NCBI GenBank assembly: GCA_963662465.1
Contig: OY759599.1
Span: 6,240,001-6,304,000, forward strand
Source of the DNA: Desulfatiglandales bacterium
GTDB taxonomy: Bacteria > Desulfobacterota > DSM-4660 > Desulfatiglandales > Desulfatiglandaceae
Length of the DNA: 64,000 bases
Direction: 5' to 3'
The position numbers and the translations under genes are program-made. The notes below the pieces were generated by a model, which had not been told where the DNA came from, ran no database searches, and saw only the letters and a program-made list of their open reading frames with translations. This document shows positions 40,274 through 50,624 of the stretch, in pieces. Position 1 is the stretch's first letter. Every line of letters begins with the position of its first letter.

Positions 40274-42433
40274 TTATTCTAAAGGGTGAACCGGCATAAA
40301 AGGCGGTTCACCTTTTTTTTTGAGGGTGTCAGCCAGATCCCCATATTTTTTTGATCTGCATTGACATTCTGTGGCAAGAAGAGCGAGAAGATCTTTCCGG
40401 TATGAGAGGCGGAGGTTGTTCAGTGGCGCGATATCTTCCGCCATCCAATCCGTGAATGTTCTAATTCGTGCCGGGTTTCCATCAAAAATATTGAAAAAGC
40501 GGGTCATAGCTTGATCCTTTTTTTTCGCCATTCCCCTGGAAGCGTAGAGTTCTGCCATATAGAGCAGGGCGAGGGGATTATTCCCATCAAGGGCCAAAGA
40601 TTTTTTGAAATGAATCAATGCTTTTCCCCCCTGATTGTTCAATTTATAAGCAAGACCCAAGAATGTCATTGTTTTGGGGTCCAGGGGGTCCTTTTGGATG
40701 GCCTTTTTAAAATTTTGGATTGCCTCATCCGTCCTTCCCCGAGCCATGAGTAGAAAGCCCAGGGCGGCATAACCTGATGCAACCCTTGGGTTGCCCTTAA
40801 TGGCTTTTTGAAATTCTGATTCGGCTTCATCATAATGGCCGTTTTTCATCAACCGTATCCCTTTGTTGATGTGGGTTGGCAGGAAAAGGGGTTGAAATCG
40901 CAATGCCTGTTCATAATGAAATGCGGCCATTTTATCATCCCCCAATTTTTCATGGATTGCACCGATATTATGGTGGGTCCAGGCATTGGCTGCCAGATTG
41001 TTTTTATTCTCTTTGGAAAGGGCAATCATGTATTCTTCCAATGCTTTCAGGTGCAGATTCTTCTTTCCGTAAACCGAGCCCAGGTTGTTGTGGGGCCTGG
41101 GGAGGTCCGGGTATTTTTTGACGCAATCCAGGTATAATCTATAATCCGTTTGCCAGACCATGTTTCGCATAAATGTGCTGTGTCCCCAACTGATGGGAAT
41201 CAAGACCAGCAATGCCCATAAGACCCCTTTGATGATTCCCTTGTTGGAGAAAAACCGTATTCCTTTCAGGAGCAAAATGATGATGGGCGCAAAAAAGAGC
41301 ATGGAAGGAAGATAGTTTCGATGTTCAAAGATGAGTTCCACCGGGAAAATCGATCCCTCTATGAGATGATTGAGGAAAAAAAATATAATGCAAAAGCCTA
41401 TGAAAGGTCGTTTTCTGAAGGCGGTCAGGGTGATTCCCAGGAGTACCAGCATTGCAAGAATGGAAATGATGGTTGAGGGGGGGGTGAAAAAACCGGTGGA
41501 AAGAATTATATCATGCTCGAAGCATAATCGATTGGGCATGGGGTATAAGAGCAGGGAGATATAGAACAGGATCACTCTGGGTTCCGTCAACAACCTCTCC
41601 CCCAATGTAAACCCCCTGTTCCGGTAGCCGGAAATGAGGTTTTCCGGTTTGAAAATGGATGGTCCGGCCAGAATCCATGCAAGGGCGAGGCAGATAAGGA
41701 GGATAATGCCTAGGAAAAACGCATATCGTATGAGGTTTTTTCGGGTTGCGCCCTGGATGAGAAACAGATCAAAAACCAGGAGGATGACGGGCAGCATGAC
41801 GGCATTTTCTTTTGATGCGATGGCCATGAGGCCGCAGGTGAAGCATAAGAGGTAATAGATGAATTTGGATGAATTTCGTTGCGAAATTTTTCCTTTGAGA
41901 TAAAAATACATGGACATAATAAAGAACAATGCCGCCATGATGGCCATCCGTTGGACGATGTAGGTGACGGCTTGGGTCTGAATCGGGTTAAGCGCCCAGA
42001 AAACAGTGGAAAAAAGAGCGACGGCATAGGCGTCAGGTCCATATCTTATTTTCAAAATGGGCAAATTCAGGGTTTCAACGATAAAGAGAAAAAGAAAGAA
42101 AGAGGCCAGAAAATGGATGGCTAGGTTGACCATATGGTAGCCGTAAACATCGGTTCCACCGGAATAATAATTGAGTGCAAAGCTCAGGCATGCCGCAGGT
42201 CTGTATAGTTTTCCCTTTCCGTCCCAAGAGGCGTAAAAGGTTTTCTTGATATTGTCCATGCTCAATTCGGTGAGGTGGAGCGGTTGGTTTTTGAGAATAT
42301 TGTTTACATCGTCAAAATGCCATGACGCGTTAAACGTGTTGGAATAGGCGAGTAAAACGAGGACAAACAGGGAGATGAAGGCAAAGAGATTTTTCCGGCA
42401 TGGTGAGAGTGATATTTCGGGTTGCAGGTTCAT
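40274..42433 (-). CDS. TMTC-like GT-C membrane glycosyltransferase with TPR repeats
   Basis: FDD, YRP, NP..TQAVTYIVQR, SKENA, EHRNYLPS, C-terminal TPRs. Confidence 0.78.
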   Translation of the reverse strand: MNLQPEISLSPCRKNLFAFISLFVLVLLAYSNTFNASWHFDDVNNILKNQPLHLTELSMDNIKKTFYASWDGKGKLYRPAACLSFALNYYSGGTDVYGYHMVNLAIHFLASFFLFLFIVETLNLPILKIRYGPDAYAVALFSTVFWALNPIQTQAVTYIVQRMAIMAALFFIMSMYFYLKGKISQRNSSKFIYYLLCFTCGLMAIASKENAVMLPVILLVFDLFLIQGATRKNLIRYAFFLGIILLICLALAWILAGPSIFKPENLISGYRNRGFTLGERLLTEPRVILFYISLLLYPMPNRLCFEHDIILSTGFFTPPSTIISILAMLVLLGITLTAFRKRPFIGFCIIFFFLNHLIEGSIFPVELIFEHRNYLPSMLFFAPIIILLLKGIRFFSNKGIIKGVLWALLVLIPISWGHSTFMRNMVWQTDYRLYLDCVKKYPDLPRPHNNLGSVYGKKNLHLKALEEYMIALSKENKNNLAANAWTHHNIGAIHEKLGDDKMAAFHYEQALRFQPLFLPTHINKGIRLMKNGHYDEAESEFQKAIKGNPRVASGYAALGFLLMARGRTDEAIQNFKKAIQKDPLDPKTMTFLGLAYKLNNQGGKALIHFKKSLALDGNNPLALLYMAELYASRGMAKKKDQAMTRFFNIFDGNPARIRTFTDWMAEDIAPLNNLRLSYRKDLLALLATECQCRSKKYGDLADTLKKKGEPPFMPVHPLE

Positions 42434-42628
42434 GTGTTTGTCTCCATGTCAAGACTTCAATGGATATTGCCGTAAAAACAATATAGCGCTTTCAATTTTC
42501 ATGTAATCCATAAAGGACATGGGGTCAAGGATGATCATTTCACCCTTTGCCGAAATAAATTATTATGAAAATCAATTTTATGCCCTGGTTTTAAAAAAAA
42601 CATGAATGCCTTGAGATTCTAAATGTCA

Positions 42629-42730
42629 TGGATCCCGCTCATGGCCAATGTCATCGGGATTGTTTTTTCCGCCGTATTTGTTTATATTATTAATGATATT
42701 TGAACATTCCGGGCGCTAAAAAAAAGCTAA
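42629..42730 (+). pseudogene. Possible GtrA-family flippase C-terminal relic
   Basis: LMANVIGIVFSAVFVYIINDI*TF, stop where W is expected; directly upstream of a GtrB-like gene. Confidence 0.4.
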
Positions 42731-42760
42731 GGGTTCACATAAACCGAAGGGGTCGTAATT

Positions 42761-43686
42761 TTGAAGCTGGATATTGTTATCCCCATCTACAACGAAGAGG
42801 AAAACCTCCAGGTCCTGCACGACAGGTTGAAGCATGTATGTGACGGGTTGGAGGATGTTTCATGGCGGGTTATATATGTAAATGATGGAAGTCTCGACCG
42901 TTCACTTCATATGATGCTCGCCCAGGGTCGGGGGGATTCAAGGTTTACCACCATTGAACTTTCCCGCAATTTTGCCACCAGGCCGCCATTGCAGCGGGTC
43001 TGGCCTGTGCGGACGGTGATTGTGTGGTGACCATGGATGGCGATCTTCAGGATCCACCTGAAATCATCCCCGAATTGTTGGATTGCCGGCGGAAAGGGGC
43101 CGGCATCGTTAGAGCCCAGCGCCGCAGCCGCAAGGAAACCGGGGTGCGTCGATTGGGGTTCGATATGTTTTACAGGCTTTTTACGTGGATCAGTGATTTT
43201 CCCATTCCCCCCCATACGGGCATTTTCGGGTTACTTGATAGCCGGGCTGTGGATGAATTGAACAAGTTGCCGGAGAAAAACCGCTTTTTTCCCGGTCTCA
43301 GGAGTTGGGTCGGTCTTCGGCAGGAAGTGGTCTATTACGACCGGCAGGATCGGGCCGGCGGAAGCCCGAAGCAGTCCCTAAACAGGTTGATCCGTTATGC
43401 TCTGGATGCGATATTCAGTTTTTCCTACAAGCCCCTGAGAATTATGACGGGTGTGGGCGCGTGTATCAGCGCTCTTGGTTTTTTCCTGGCCTGTTTTTTC
43501 ATTATTAAGCGGCTCCTGGGCATTGAAATTGCTCCTACCGGGTTTACGACGTTAGTGACCGTGGTGCTTTTTCTGGGCGGCATTCAGCTTATGGCCATCG
43601 GGTTGTTGGGGGAGTACCTGGCTAGAATTTATGATGAAGTAAAGCAGCGGCCCCTCTTTATTATCAAGAACCGTCATGGTGTCTGA
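42761..43686 (+). pseudogene. GtrB/ArnC-like GT2 (polyprenyl-phosphate glycosyltransferase), frameshifted near 42974
   Basis: IPIYNEE..VNDGS..LSRNF then shifted HQAAIAAGL..MDGDLQDPP..LGEYLARIYDEVKQRP. Confidence 0.85.
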
Positions 43687-43689
43687 TCC

Positions 43690-45762
43690 ATGAAACTTCT
43701 CACCGCAAAAACCGTGGCGCCGTATCTTTTGATCATCACGGCATTTGCCGTGTATCTCAGTACGATGGCCCCGACGGTTTATCTGGGTGACAGCGGCGAG
43801 TTGACCGCCGGGGCCTTTGCCCTCGGTGTTCCCCATGCCAGCGGATATCCTCTTTATTCCCTTCTGGGAAAAATTTTCTGCATGCTTCCCCTGGGAAATA
43901 TCGGGTTTCGGATGAATTTGATGTCGGGGGTTTTTTTAACCCTTACAGTCTGGTTGGTTTATGTGATCATCCTGAGGGTTACATCCTCTGCTTTGCCGGC
44001 GGTAACAGCAGCCCTTTATCTTGCGTTTACGCCGCTTTTTTGGTTCCAGTGCGTATCCGCGGAGGTTTATCCCCTGCATGTTTTTTTTGTGGCATTGATG
44101 ATAAAATTGCTCTGGGATTGGGATAAAAATGGGGAATTTCGTTTTTTGCTGCTTTTTGTTTTTGTGACCGGACTCAGTTTCGGCAACCACATGCAGACCG
44201 TGATGTTGGCGCCGGGGGTTTTATTCCTCATTATTTCCAGGGATAAAAAGGTGCTTTTTCGTTTCAGGTATTTCATTGTCATAACCCTGTTTTTTGTTCT
44301 TGCCCTTACCCTCTATCTCTATCTCCCCATCCGTACGGATGCCGGCGCTGCCATTCATTGGGGTGATCCCAATAGCCTTGATCGTTTTTGGGACCATATA
44401 ACGGCACGAACGCACAGGGGGAAATACATTTTCAGCAGCGGTCCTACGGAATACCTTTCGAGGACCCTGGCGGCATTGCAGCTCTTCAGCAAGCAATATG
44501 GCATCCTTCTTTTGTTTGCGTTTTGGGGGTGGCTGAAGCGTTTGCCCACGCGGTGGAAAATATCGGTTATCCTGGTGTTCATTTTTGATTTGCTCTATTC
44601 TGTTTTTTTGAATGTGATAGCGTTTAAATTTACGCCGTTTATGCTGCCCTCATTTGTCGTGATTGCCGTACTCATGGGGCTTGGTATTGCTGATGCGCTC
44701 CAAACGATGATGACTTATGATAAAATCAATATAAAACTTAAACGAACTGTTCAATTTGCCTGTTGCCTGCTGCCGGCAATCCCCTTTTTTTCCGGGTATG
44801 GCCTATGCAATCAAAGCTGTAACTACATGGCCTACGAGCATGCCGTAAATATTTTCAGGACCCCCGAATATGCCGGTACTGTTTTCCTGGATGGGGACAA
44901 TAACATCTTTCCAGCGGTTTATGGGCGGTTGGTCGAAGGAATGGGGGATGATATTACCGTATACGATCGGCTCAACCTTATTTTCAGATGGTCCGTCAAT
45001 GATGCGTCGTTTAGTGTTAAGGGAAAATGGAACGAAATTAAAACCCTTGTGGAAAAGAAAATCATTGAAGAAAAAGCGGAAAAAGGGGTCTATTATGCGG
45101 TTTTTGACCCCTTTTCCATTCCATTGCCGAGTGAATTTCGTGCAATCCCCTATGGCGTTTTGTGGAAAGTTATTCTTCGGGGGCCACCGGCAAAGACGGA
45201 TGTTTCAATTGGTTTGTGGGATTACTACTATAAAGAAAGCATTCACGACCCCTTCCAGAAGGATTTCATGAATCGAAATATACGTGCGCATTATTATTTT
45301 TTAAACTATGCCCAAGACCTGTGGCAGGCGGGTCGGATTGGTGAGAGCCTGAAGAATTTGGAAATGGCATCCAGAATTGCCTACGATGACGCATCCGTTC
45401 ACTCAAACATTGCGATTTTTTTTATCAAGAGACGCCTTTTTGATGCAGCGCAGCAAGAACTTGAAAAAGCAATGCTTTACCAAGGGCATGCTAATTTGAG
45501 CGGCATCTTCAATAACTGGGGCTATTTTTACCATGAGAAAGGTGAATATGAAATGGCTGCGGCCCATTTGCAAAAGGCTTTGCAGGAAAGTCCTAATAAT
45601 TTAAGTTATCTAAATAATATTGGGTTTGCCCTGTATGAGGCGGGTAAAAAGGAAGCGGCACGAGAGGCTTTTGAAAAATCGCTGACCATTAACAAAGATC
45701 AGCCGGACATAAAGGCCTTCATGAAAAAGAAAGGCCTCCAAATAGGAAAAAGAATTGACTAG
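43690..45762 (+). CDS. DUF2723 (TMEM260-like) GT-C membrane protein with TPRs
   Basis: GDSGEL..LGVPHASGYPLY, AEVY, YLYLPIR, WGDP, C-terminal TPRs. Confidence 0.82.
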   Translation: MKLLTAKTVAPYLLIITAFAVYLSTMAPTVYLGDSGELTAGAFALGVPHASGYPLYSLLGKIFCMLPLGNIGFRMNLMSGVFLTLTVWLVYVIILRVTSSALPAVTAALYLAFTPLFWFQCVSAEVYPLHVFFVALMIKLLWDWDKNGEFRFLLLFVFVTGLSFGNHMQTVMLAPGVLFLIISRDKKVLFRFRYFIVITLFFVLALTLYLYLPIRTDAGAAIHWGDPNSLDRFWDHITARTHRGKYIFSSGPTEYLSRTLAALQLFSKQYGILLLFAFWGWLKRLPTRWKISVILVFIFDLLYSVFLNVIAFKFTPFMLPSFVVIAVLMGLGIADALQTMMTYDKINIKLKRTVQFACCLLPAIPFFSGYGLCNQSCNYMAYEHAVNIFRTPEYAGTVFLDGDNNIFPAVYGRLVEGMGDDITVYDRLNLIFRWSVNDASFSVKGKWNEIKTLVEKKIIEEKAEKGVYYAVFDPFSIPLPSEFRAIPYGVLWKVILRGPPAKTDVSIGLWDYYYKESIHDPFQKDFMNRNIRAHYYFLNYAQDLWQAGRIGESLKNLEMASRIAYDDASVHSNIAIFFIKRRLFDAAQQELEKAMLYQGHANLSGIFNNWGYFYHEKGEYEMAAAHLQKALQESPNNLSYLNNIGFALYEAGKKEAAREAFEKSLTINKDQPDIKAFMKKKGLQIGKRID

Positions 45763-47575
45763 GCAGAATGACAGGCTTGTGGTTTTTGTTATATTTTTTG
45801 TGGCCGTTGCCCTGCGTCTCCTTCATTTTTCTTCAAGTTCCGAAAATCCCCTCCTGTATATGCCCGTGTTGGATGAACGCTATTATATTGATTTAGGCAA
45901 GGATATTGCCGCAGGTCACTGGGTCGGAGAGGACCGAGTTTTTTTTATGGACCCGCTCTACGGCTATTTTCTCGGGGTTATATTTGGACTTTTTGGGGAC
46001 AACCTCACCACCGTCAGAATTATTCAGATTCTTTTTGACGCCCTCAATGTACTGCTTATCTATACCATAGGGAAAAAGGTGTTGAGTCGGTTTGCCGGTA
46101 TTTCAGGCGCCTTGTTCTATGCCTTGTACCCGGTTGCTTTATTTTATACCCTCTTGATCCTGAAAACCACCCTTTCCATAACCGCATCCCTGGCCTTTGT
46201 TTTGTTGCTGTTGGTTGCGCTGGAAAAAAGCCGGAAGATGCATTGGTTAAACCTTGGACTTCTGGCCGGCGCCATGACTTGTCTCCGAGCAAATTTTGTT
46301 CTGGTGGTGCCCTTGACCATCCTTTTTTGCCTTTTCTTGAACAAAAGCCCGTGGCGAGTCGTCATGGGACAGTCGTTTCTTCTTTTTGCCGGATTGGTTA
46401 CCGTGCTTTCAGTGGGTGCCTTGCGAAATTACCGGGTCAGCAACGATATTGTGTTTTTCAACAGCCAAGGTGGCCGTTTGCTTTACAGTTCGAATAACCC
46501 GGAAAATATCACCGGCCTTTATAAGACGCCATCATTCGCCCGTCCCGATCCTGAAGCCTCGGAGCGCGATTTTCACAGGGAAGCTGAATTCAGGCGGGGT
46601 GAGGTTCTTAGCCAGAGACAAGTTTCCAGGTACTGGACAGGCAGGACCATTGGGTTTTTGGTTAATAATCCAGTTATGATACCGACCCTTCTGTACAATA
46701 AATTCAAAAGAACCCTGGGGAATTGTGAAATTGCCAATAACCATTCTTACTATACCGCCTCAATTTTTTCTCCATGGATAAGATGGCCAAAATATTGCTT
46801 TGCGTTTGCACTGGCTCTGGGGGTGCCGGGTTTGGTAATGGGTATTCGAAGAAACAGGGAAATTGCCGTGTTTCTGATACCGGTTTTGACGGTGCTTGCA
46901 ACGGTCCTTGTTTTTTATACCTCATCCCGCTTAAGAATGCCCCTTGTGCCGTTTTTATTGATTGGAGCAGCCATTTTTCTAAACATTACCATGGAGTGGA
47001 TAAAAAAAAAAGAAACGCCAAAAATTCTGGTGGCGTTACTCTCCATGGTTATCCTTGGCTGGCTATCTTTGTCGGTTCCCTGCCCGAAAGAACCGGGTCG
47101 GGAACAGTTTATTCTTGCCAAGGCCTACCTTCGGCAGGGAGATCTTCATAAGGCCAGGCAATTGGCCTTGAAAGGAAGAAAGGCTTTCCCTTCTCAGACG
47201 AGATTCCTAATTTTATTGGGAATGATCGCCATATCAAGCGATCTCCCGGATCAGGCCATTCAACATAACCGGCGTGTATTGGCCATTGAACCTGAAAACG
47301 TTGATGCCCATCACAATATGGGTGTGGCGTATTTATCCATGAAAAAATCGGAACAGGCCGTCACATGGTTCCAAAAGGCCCTGGCCATTGAAGAGAGAAC
47401 GGAAACGCTGTTCTGGCTGGCAAAGGCATATGAGGAAGGTGGTCATTATTCATCAGCTAGAAAAAAATACGACAAATTCCTCAGCGCTTCCAAGAAGGCA
47501 GATCCGCTAAGGGGAACGGCAATTGACCATTTGGAAAGCCTTAACCGGTTACAGAGGCGTTATGGAAAAGAATGA
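45755..47575 (+). CDS. ArnT/PMT_2-like GT-C glycosyltransferase with TPRs
   Basis: LDERYY, FFMDPLYGYFL, multiple TM helices, RLRMP, TPRs. Confidence 0.78.
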   Translation: MTRQNDRLVVFVIFFVAVALRLLHFSSSSENPLLYMPVLDERYYIDLGKDIAAGHWVGEDRVFFMDPLYGYFLGVIFGLFGDNLTTVRIIQILFDALNVLLIYTIGKKVLSRFAGISGALFYALYPVALFYTLLILKTTLSITASLAFVLLLLVALEKSRKMHWLNLGLLAGAMTCLRANFVLVVPLTILFCLFLNKSPWRVVMGQSFLLFAGLVTVLSVGALRNYRVSNDIVFFNSQGGRLLYSSNNPENITGLYKTPSFARPDPEASERDFHREAEFRRGEVLSQRQVSRYWTGRTIGFLVNNPVMIPTLLYNKFKRTLGNCEIANNHSYYTASIFSPWIRWPKYCFAFALALGVPGLVMGIRRNREIAVFLIPVLTVLATVLVFYTSSRLRMPLVPFLLIGAAIFLNITMEWIKKKETPKILVALLSMVILGWLSLSVPCPKEPGREQFILAKAYLRQGDLHKARQLALKGRKAFPSQTRFLILLGMIAISSDLPDQAIQHNRRVLAIEPENVDAHHNMGVAYLSMKKSEQAVTWFQKALAIEERTETLFWLAKAYEEGGHYSSARKKYDKFLSASKKADPLRGTAIDHLESLNRLQRRYGKE

Positions 47576-48311
47576 ATATAGGATTATGCACGATATTGAA
47601 AGGACCTATTGGTGGTTTAGAGGAAAACAATTTTTAATAGACGTGTTCTTAAAAAGGTATTTGAGTGAGTCGAAAGATAACAAGTTGTTGGATATTGGGT
47701 GTGGAACCGGTATTATTCTGGAACTTATGAAAAAGCATGGCAGCGGATACGGGATCGAGCTTTCGGCACTGGGTATCAAAATGTTGAAGCAAAAAAATCT
47801 AAATTTGCTTGTTCAATCCGATGCTAATCGACCTATGCCATTCAAGGATGATGTATTTTCGGCAATAACATGCCTTGATGTTTTAGAACATCTTGATAGT
47901 GATTTTGAGCTTTTAAAAGAGATGGTTAGAATATGTAAGCCGGGAGGGGTCATTGTTATCACAGTACCGGCAATGCGTTTTTTATGGAGTATTCATGACG
48001 AGGCCTTGCATCACAAGCGACGATACACTAAGAAACAATTGCTAAATCGGATTGGAGCTCTGAACTGTACAGTGGTTAAATCCAGTTATTTCAATTCATG
48101 CCTATTTTTTCCAATTGCTTTCGTAAGACTCATGAAGTCGCTTTTTAGAGATGGGAAGGTGGTTAAATCCGACTTCTTTATGGCTCTCCCTAAATGGTTG
48201 AACAGAACCCTGTATTTTTTTTATTCAACAGAGCTAAATTGTTTGAGATTTACAACCATTCCGTTTGGTCTATCTGTTCTGCTGATAGTTCAAAAACCTG
48301 AAACAAACTAA
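47562..48311 (+). CDS. Class I SAM-dependent methyltransferase
   Basis: YWWF, LDIGCGTG, DVLEH, TVPA..WSIHDEALHHKRRY. Confidence 0.88.
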   Translation: MEKNEYRIMHDIERTYWWFRGKQFLIDVFLKRYLSESKDNKLLDIGCGTGIILELMKKHGSGYGIELSALGIKMLKQKNLNLLVQSDANRPMPFKDDVFSAITCLDVLEHLDSDFELLKEMVRICKPGGVIVITVPAMRFLWSIHDEALHHKRRYTKKQLLNRIGALNCTVVKSSYFNSCLFFPIAFVRLMKSLFRDGKVVKSDFFMALPKWLNRTLYFFYSTELNCLRFTTIPFGLSVLLIVQKPETN

Positions 48312-48321
48312 CTGCCAATAA

Positions 48322-50616
48322 TTGACGAATATGACTGGAAGCAAACAGAAAGTTCAAAGCCTTGTTGTCATCTGTTTTCTTGTGGTAATCGCAATCGCTT
48401 TTTTCGGCAAAGTAATTTATTCAGGGGATACGCTTTATGGAAGCGACTTTCTGCTCTATTTTTACCCCATAAAACGTTTTGTCTATGATTATTTTTGTAC
48501 AAATGGGTCCCTTCCTTTTTGGAATTCCAATCTTTTTTCAGGAACGCCATTTATTGCCAATATTCAAGCATCCATGTTTTACCCTTTAGGGTTTCTGTAT
48601 TACCTGCTCCCCACCGAAATCGCCTATCTCTATGCCACCATCCTTCACTGTATACTCGGCGCTGTCTTCATGTACATGCTTATGCGAACCGTATCCGTGT
48701 CTAAAGCAGGTGCCTTTGTATCGGGTTTTATCTTCATATTTAACGGCTATTTTATGGCACATCTGTATGCTGGTCATCTGACTTTTGTGCAGAATTACAT
48801 ATGGATCCCCCTTATCTTTCTTTTCCTGATTCGCTTTATGAGAACAGGAAGTTTTAAATATGCAGTTGTAGCAGGCATGGGATTGGGTATTCAAATTCTG
48901 GGAGGATTTCCCCAAATCGCCTTTTATACAATCCTGGCAATCATGGCATATGTCCTGTTTTTTGCGGTAGGTCGCATACGAAAGGGAAAACCTGAAAGCG
49001 CCATGGGTTCAGCTATGGCCGTAGTCATCATATTATGTGTCGGTTTCGGTCTGGCGGCGGTTCAAGTGCTGCCGACTCTTGAGTTTTCAGGGCTTTCAGG
49101 CAGGGCCGGTGGTGTCAACTATGGATTTGCGACTTCCGATTCTCTGGATTTTGGAGATCTTTTCGCTTTTTTATCTCCTGAAATTTTTGGAAATGCCATT
49201 GATCATACTTATTGGAAAAGTCCTGAGAGATGGCATTTTTGGGAAACATGTGCCTATGTGGGCCTATTGCCGCTGCTGCTGATTTTTGTGAAAATTGAGA
49301 GCGGGCGATTGCGTCGCTTGAGGCTGTTCTGCATAATCTTGATTTGTGGTGCCATGTTTGTTGCCTTTGGCAAAAACAACCCTTTTTACCCAATGGTATA
49401 TCAATTGCCGGGTTTCGGAAGTTTTCGCATTCCAGCACAAATTATCTTTTTGTACATATTCGGTATTGCAGTTTTGGCGGGAATGGGTCTGGACCGGTTG
49501 GGGGATTCGGATGTTATGCTTAGCAAGTGGTTTGCACCTTTCATTTTCTTTGCAGGCGGCCTCTTGTTTTTTTTGCTGATTGGGCTTTATTTTTTTCCAA
49601 ATGCTTTATTTTATTATCTTTTTAAAACTTTTTCTTCCGGAGATGTTTCAAATATCAATATGGGAGAGCTTTATGTCAAAACTTGTCTTTCAGTTCAAAA
49701 AAGTATCCTGGTTCTATTTGGATCGGTTTTGCTGATTTTGTTTAGAAAAAGTCAAAAGCTCAACCTGCGCGTTTTCAAGGCAATGGCCATAGCGATTATT
49801 TTTGTGGATTTATGGCTGTTTTCAGGAGGATTCATCAGGCCCTGCCAAATTGAAACCGGTCCGGTCAAAAAAGAACTTATTTCAGGATTGAATAAATGCC
49901 CTGCCCAAGGGAGGGTGGCGGCCTGGGGCGACTTGTTCATGCCCAATGACGGCCTCAGGTATGAATTTCCATCTATATTAGGTTATGATCCCCTGATCTT
50001 GAAGCGGTACATAAAATATTTTGAAACGAGCCGGAATCGGCCTTCCAATGACCATGTGATTGTTCTTTTTCAGATGAAGGACCCGGGTGCAAAATTATTA
50101 CATCTTCTTAATGTAACGCAAGCCGTCCCCAAAAAAGAAATCATATTTGTTGAGAACAATCCCATCCCATACGCAAATTTTGTGGGCCATGCCCTTGTGA
50201 AAAACACCGACGAGGTCCTTCCATTTATGAAAAGTGAGGCCTTTGATCCATCAAAAATGGTTATTTTTGAACGGGAATATGCCCCTGGATGCCTGCCTGA
50301 AGCGGGAACGGAATCCCCAGAAGGGTCATTTACCATTATGGCTTATGAAAACCATGCCATACGGTTGAAGACGTCATCTGACAGGGCCGGTTTTCTGGTA
50401 CTCAGCGAAATATTTTATCCGGGATGGCAGGCAACGGTTGATGGGGAAAAAGTGCCTGTTTTTCGTGGAAACTATATCTTTCGTGTGATTCCACTAAATG
50501 GGGGAGAACATGACGTGGTCTTTGAGTTTGTCTCCCGCCCCTTTCAGATTGGGGCCATCATCTCCTCACTGACTTTTTTGGTTTCCCTGCTGTTTTTCGT
50601 GAGGCGAAAAAGATAA
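48322..50616 (+). CDS. YfhO-family GT-C membrane protein
   Basis: LPFWNSNLFSGTPF..FYP, FRIPA, LSEIFYPGWQATVDG. Confidence 0.82.
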   Translation: MTNMTGSKQKVQSLVVICFLVVIAIAFFGKVIYSGDTLYGSDFLLYFYPIKRFVYDYFCTNGSLPFWNSNLFSGTPFIANIQASMFYPLGFLYYLLPTEIAYLYATILHCILGAVFMYMLMRTVSVSKAGAFVSGFIFIFNGYFMAHLYAGHLTFVQNYIWIPLIFLFLIRFMRTGSFKYAVVAGMGLGIQILGGFPQIAFYTILAIMAYVLFFAVGRIRKGKPESAMGSAMAVVIILCVGFGLAAVQVLPTLEFSGLSGRAGGVNYGFATSDSLDFGDLFAFLSPEIFGNAIDHTYWKSPERWHFWETCAYVGLLPLLLIFVKIESGRLRRLRLFCIILICGAMFVAFGKNNPFYPMVYQLPGFGSFRIPAQIIFLYIFGIAVLAGMGLDRLGDSDVMLSKWFAPFIFFAGGLLFFLLIGLYFFPNALFYYLFKTFSSGDVSNINMGELYVKTCLSVQKSILVLFGSVLLILFRKSQKLNLRVFKAMAIAIIFVDLWLFSGGFIRPCQIETGPVKKELISGLNKCPAQGRVAAWGDLFMPNDGLRYEFPSILGYDPLILKRYIKYFETSRNRPSNDHVIVLFQMKDPGAKLLHLLNVTQAVPKKEIIFVENNPIPYANFVGHALVKNTDEVLPFMKSEAFDPSKMVIFEREYAPGCLPEAGTESPEGSFTIMAYENHAIRLKTSSDRAGFLVLSEIFYPGWQATVDGEKVPVFRGNYIFRVIPLNGGEHDVVFEFVSRPFQIGAIISSLTFLVSLLFFVRRKR

Positions 50617-50624
50617 ACGCCGCA

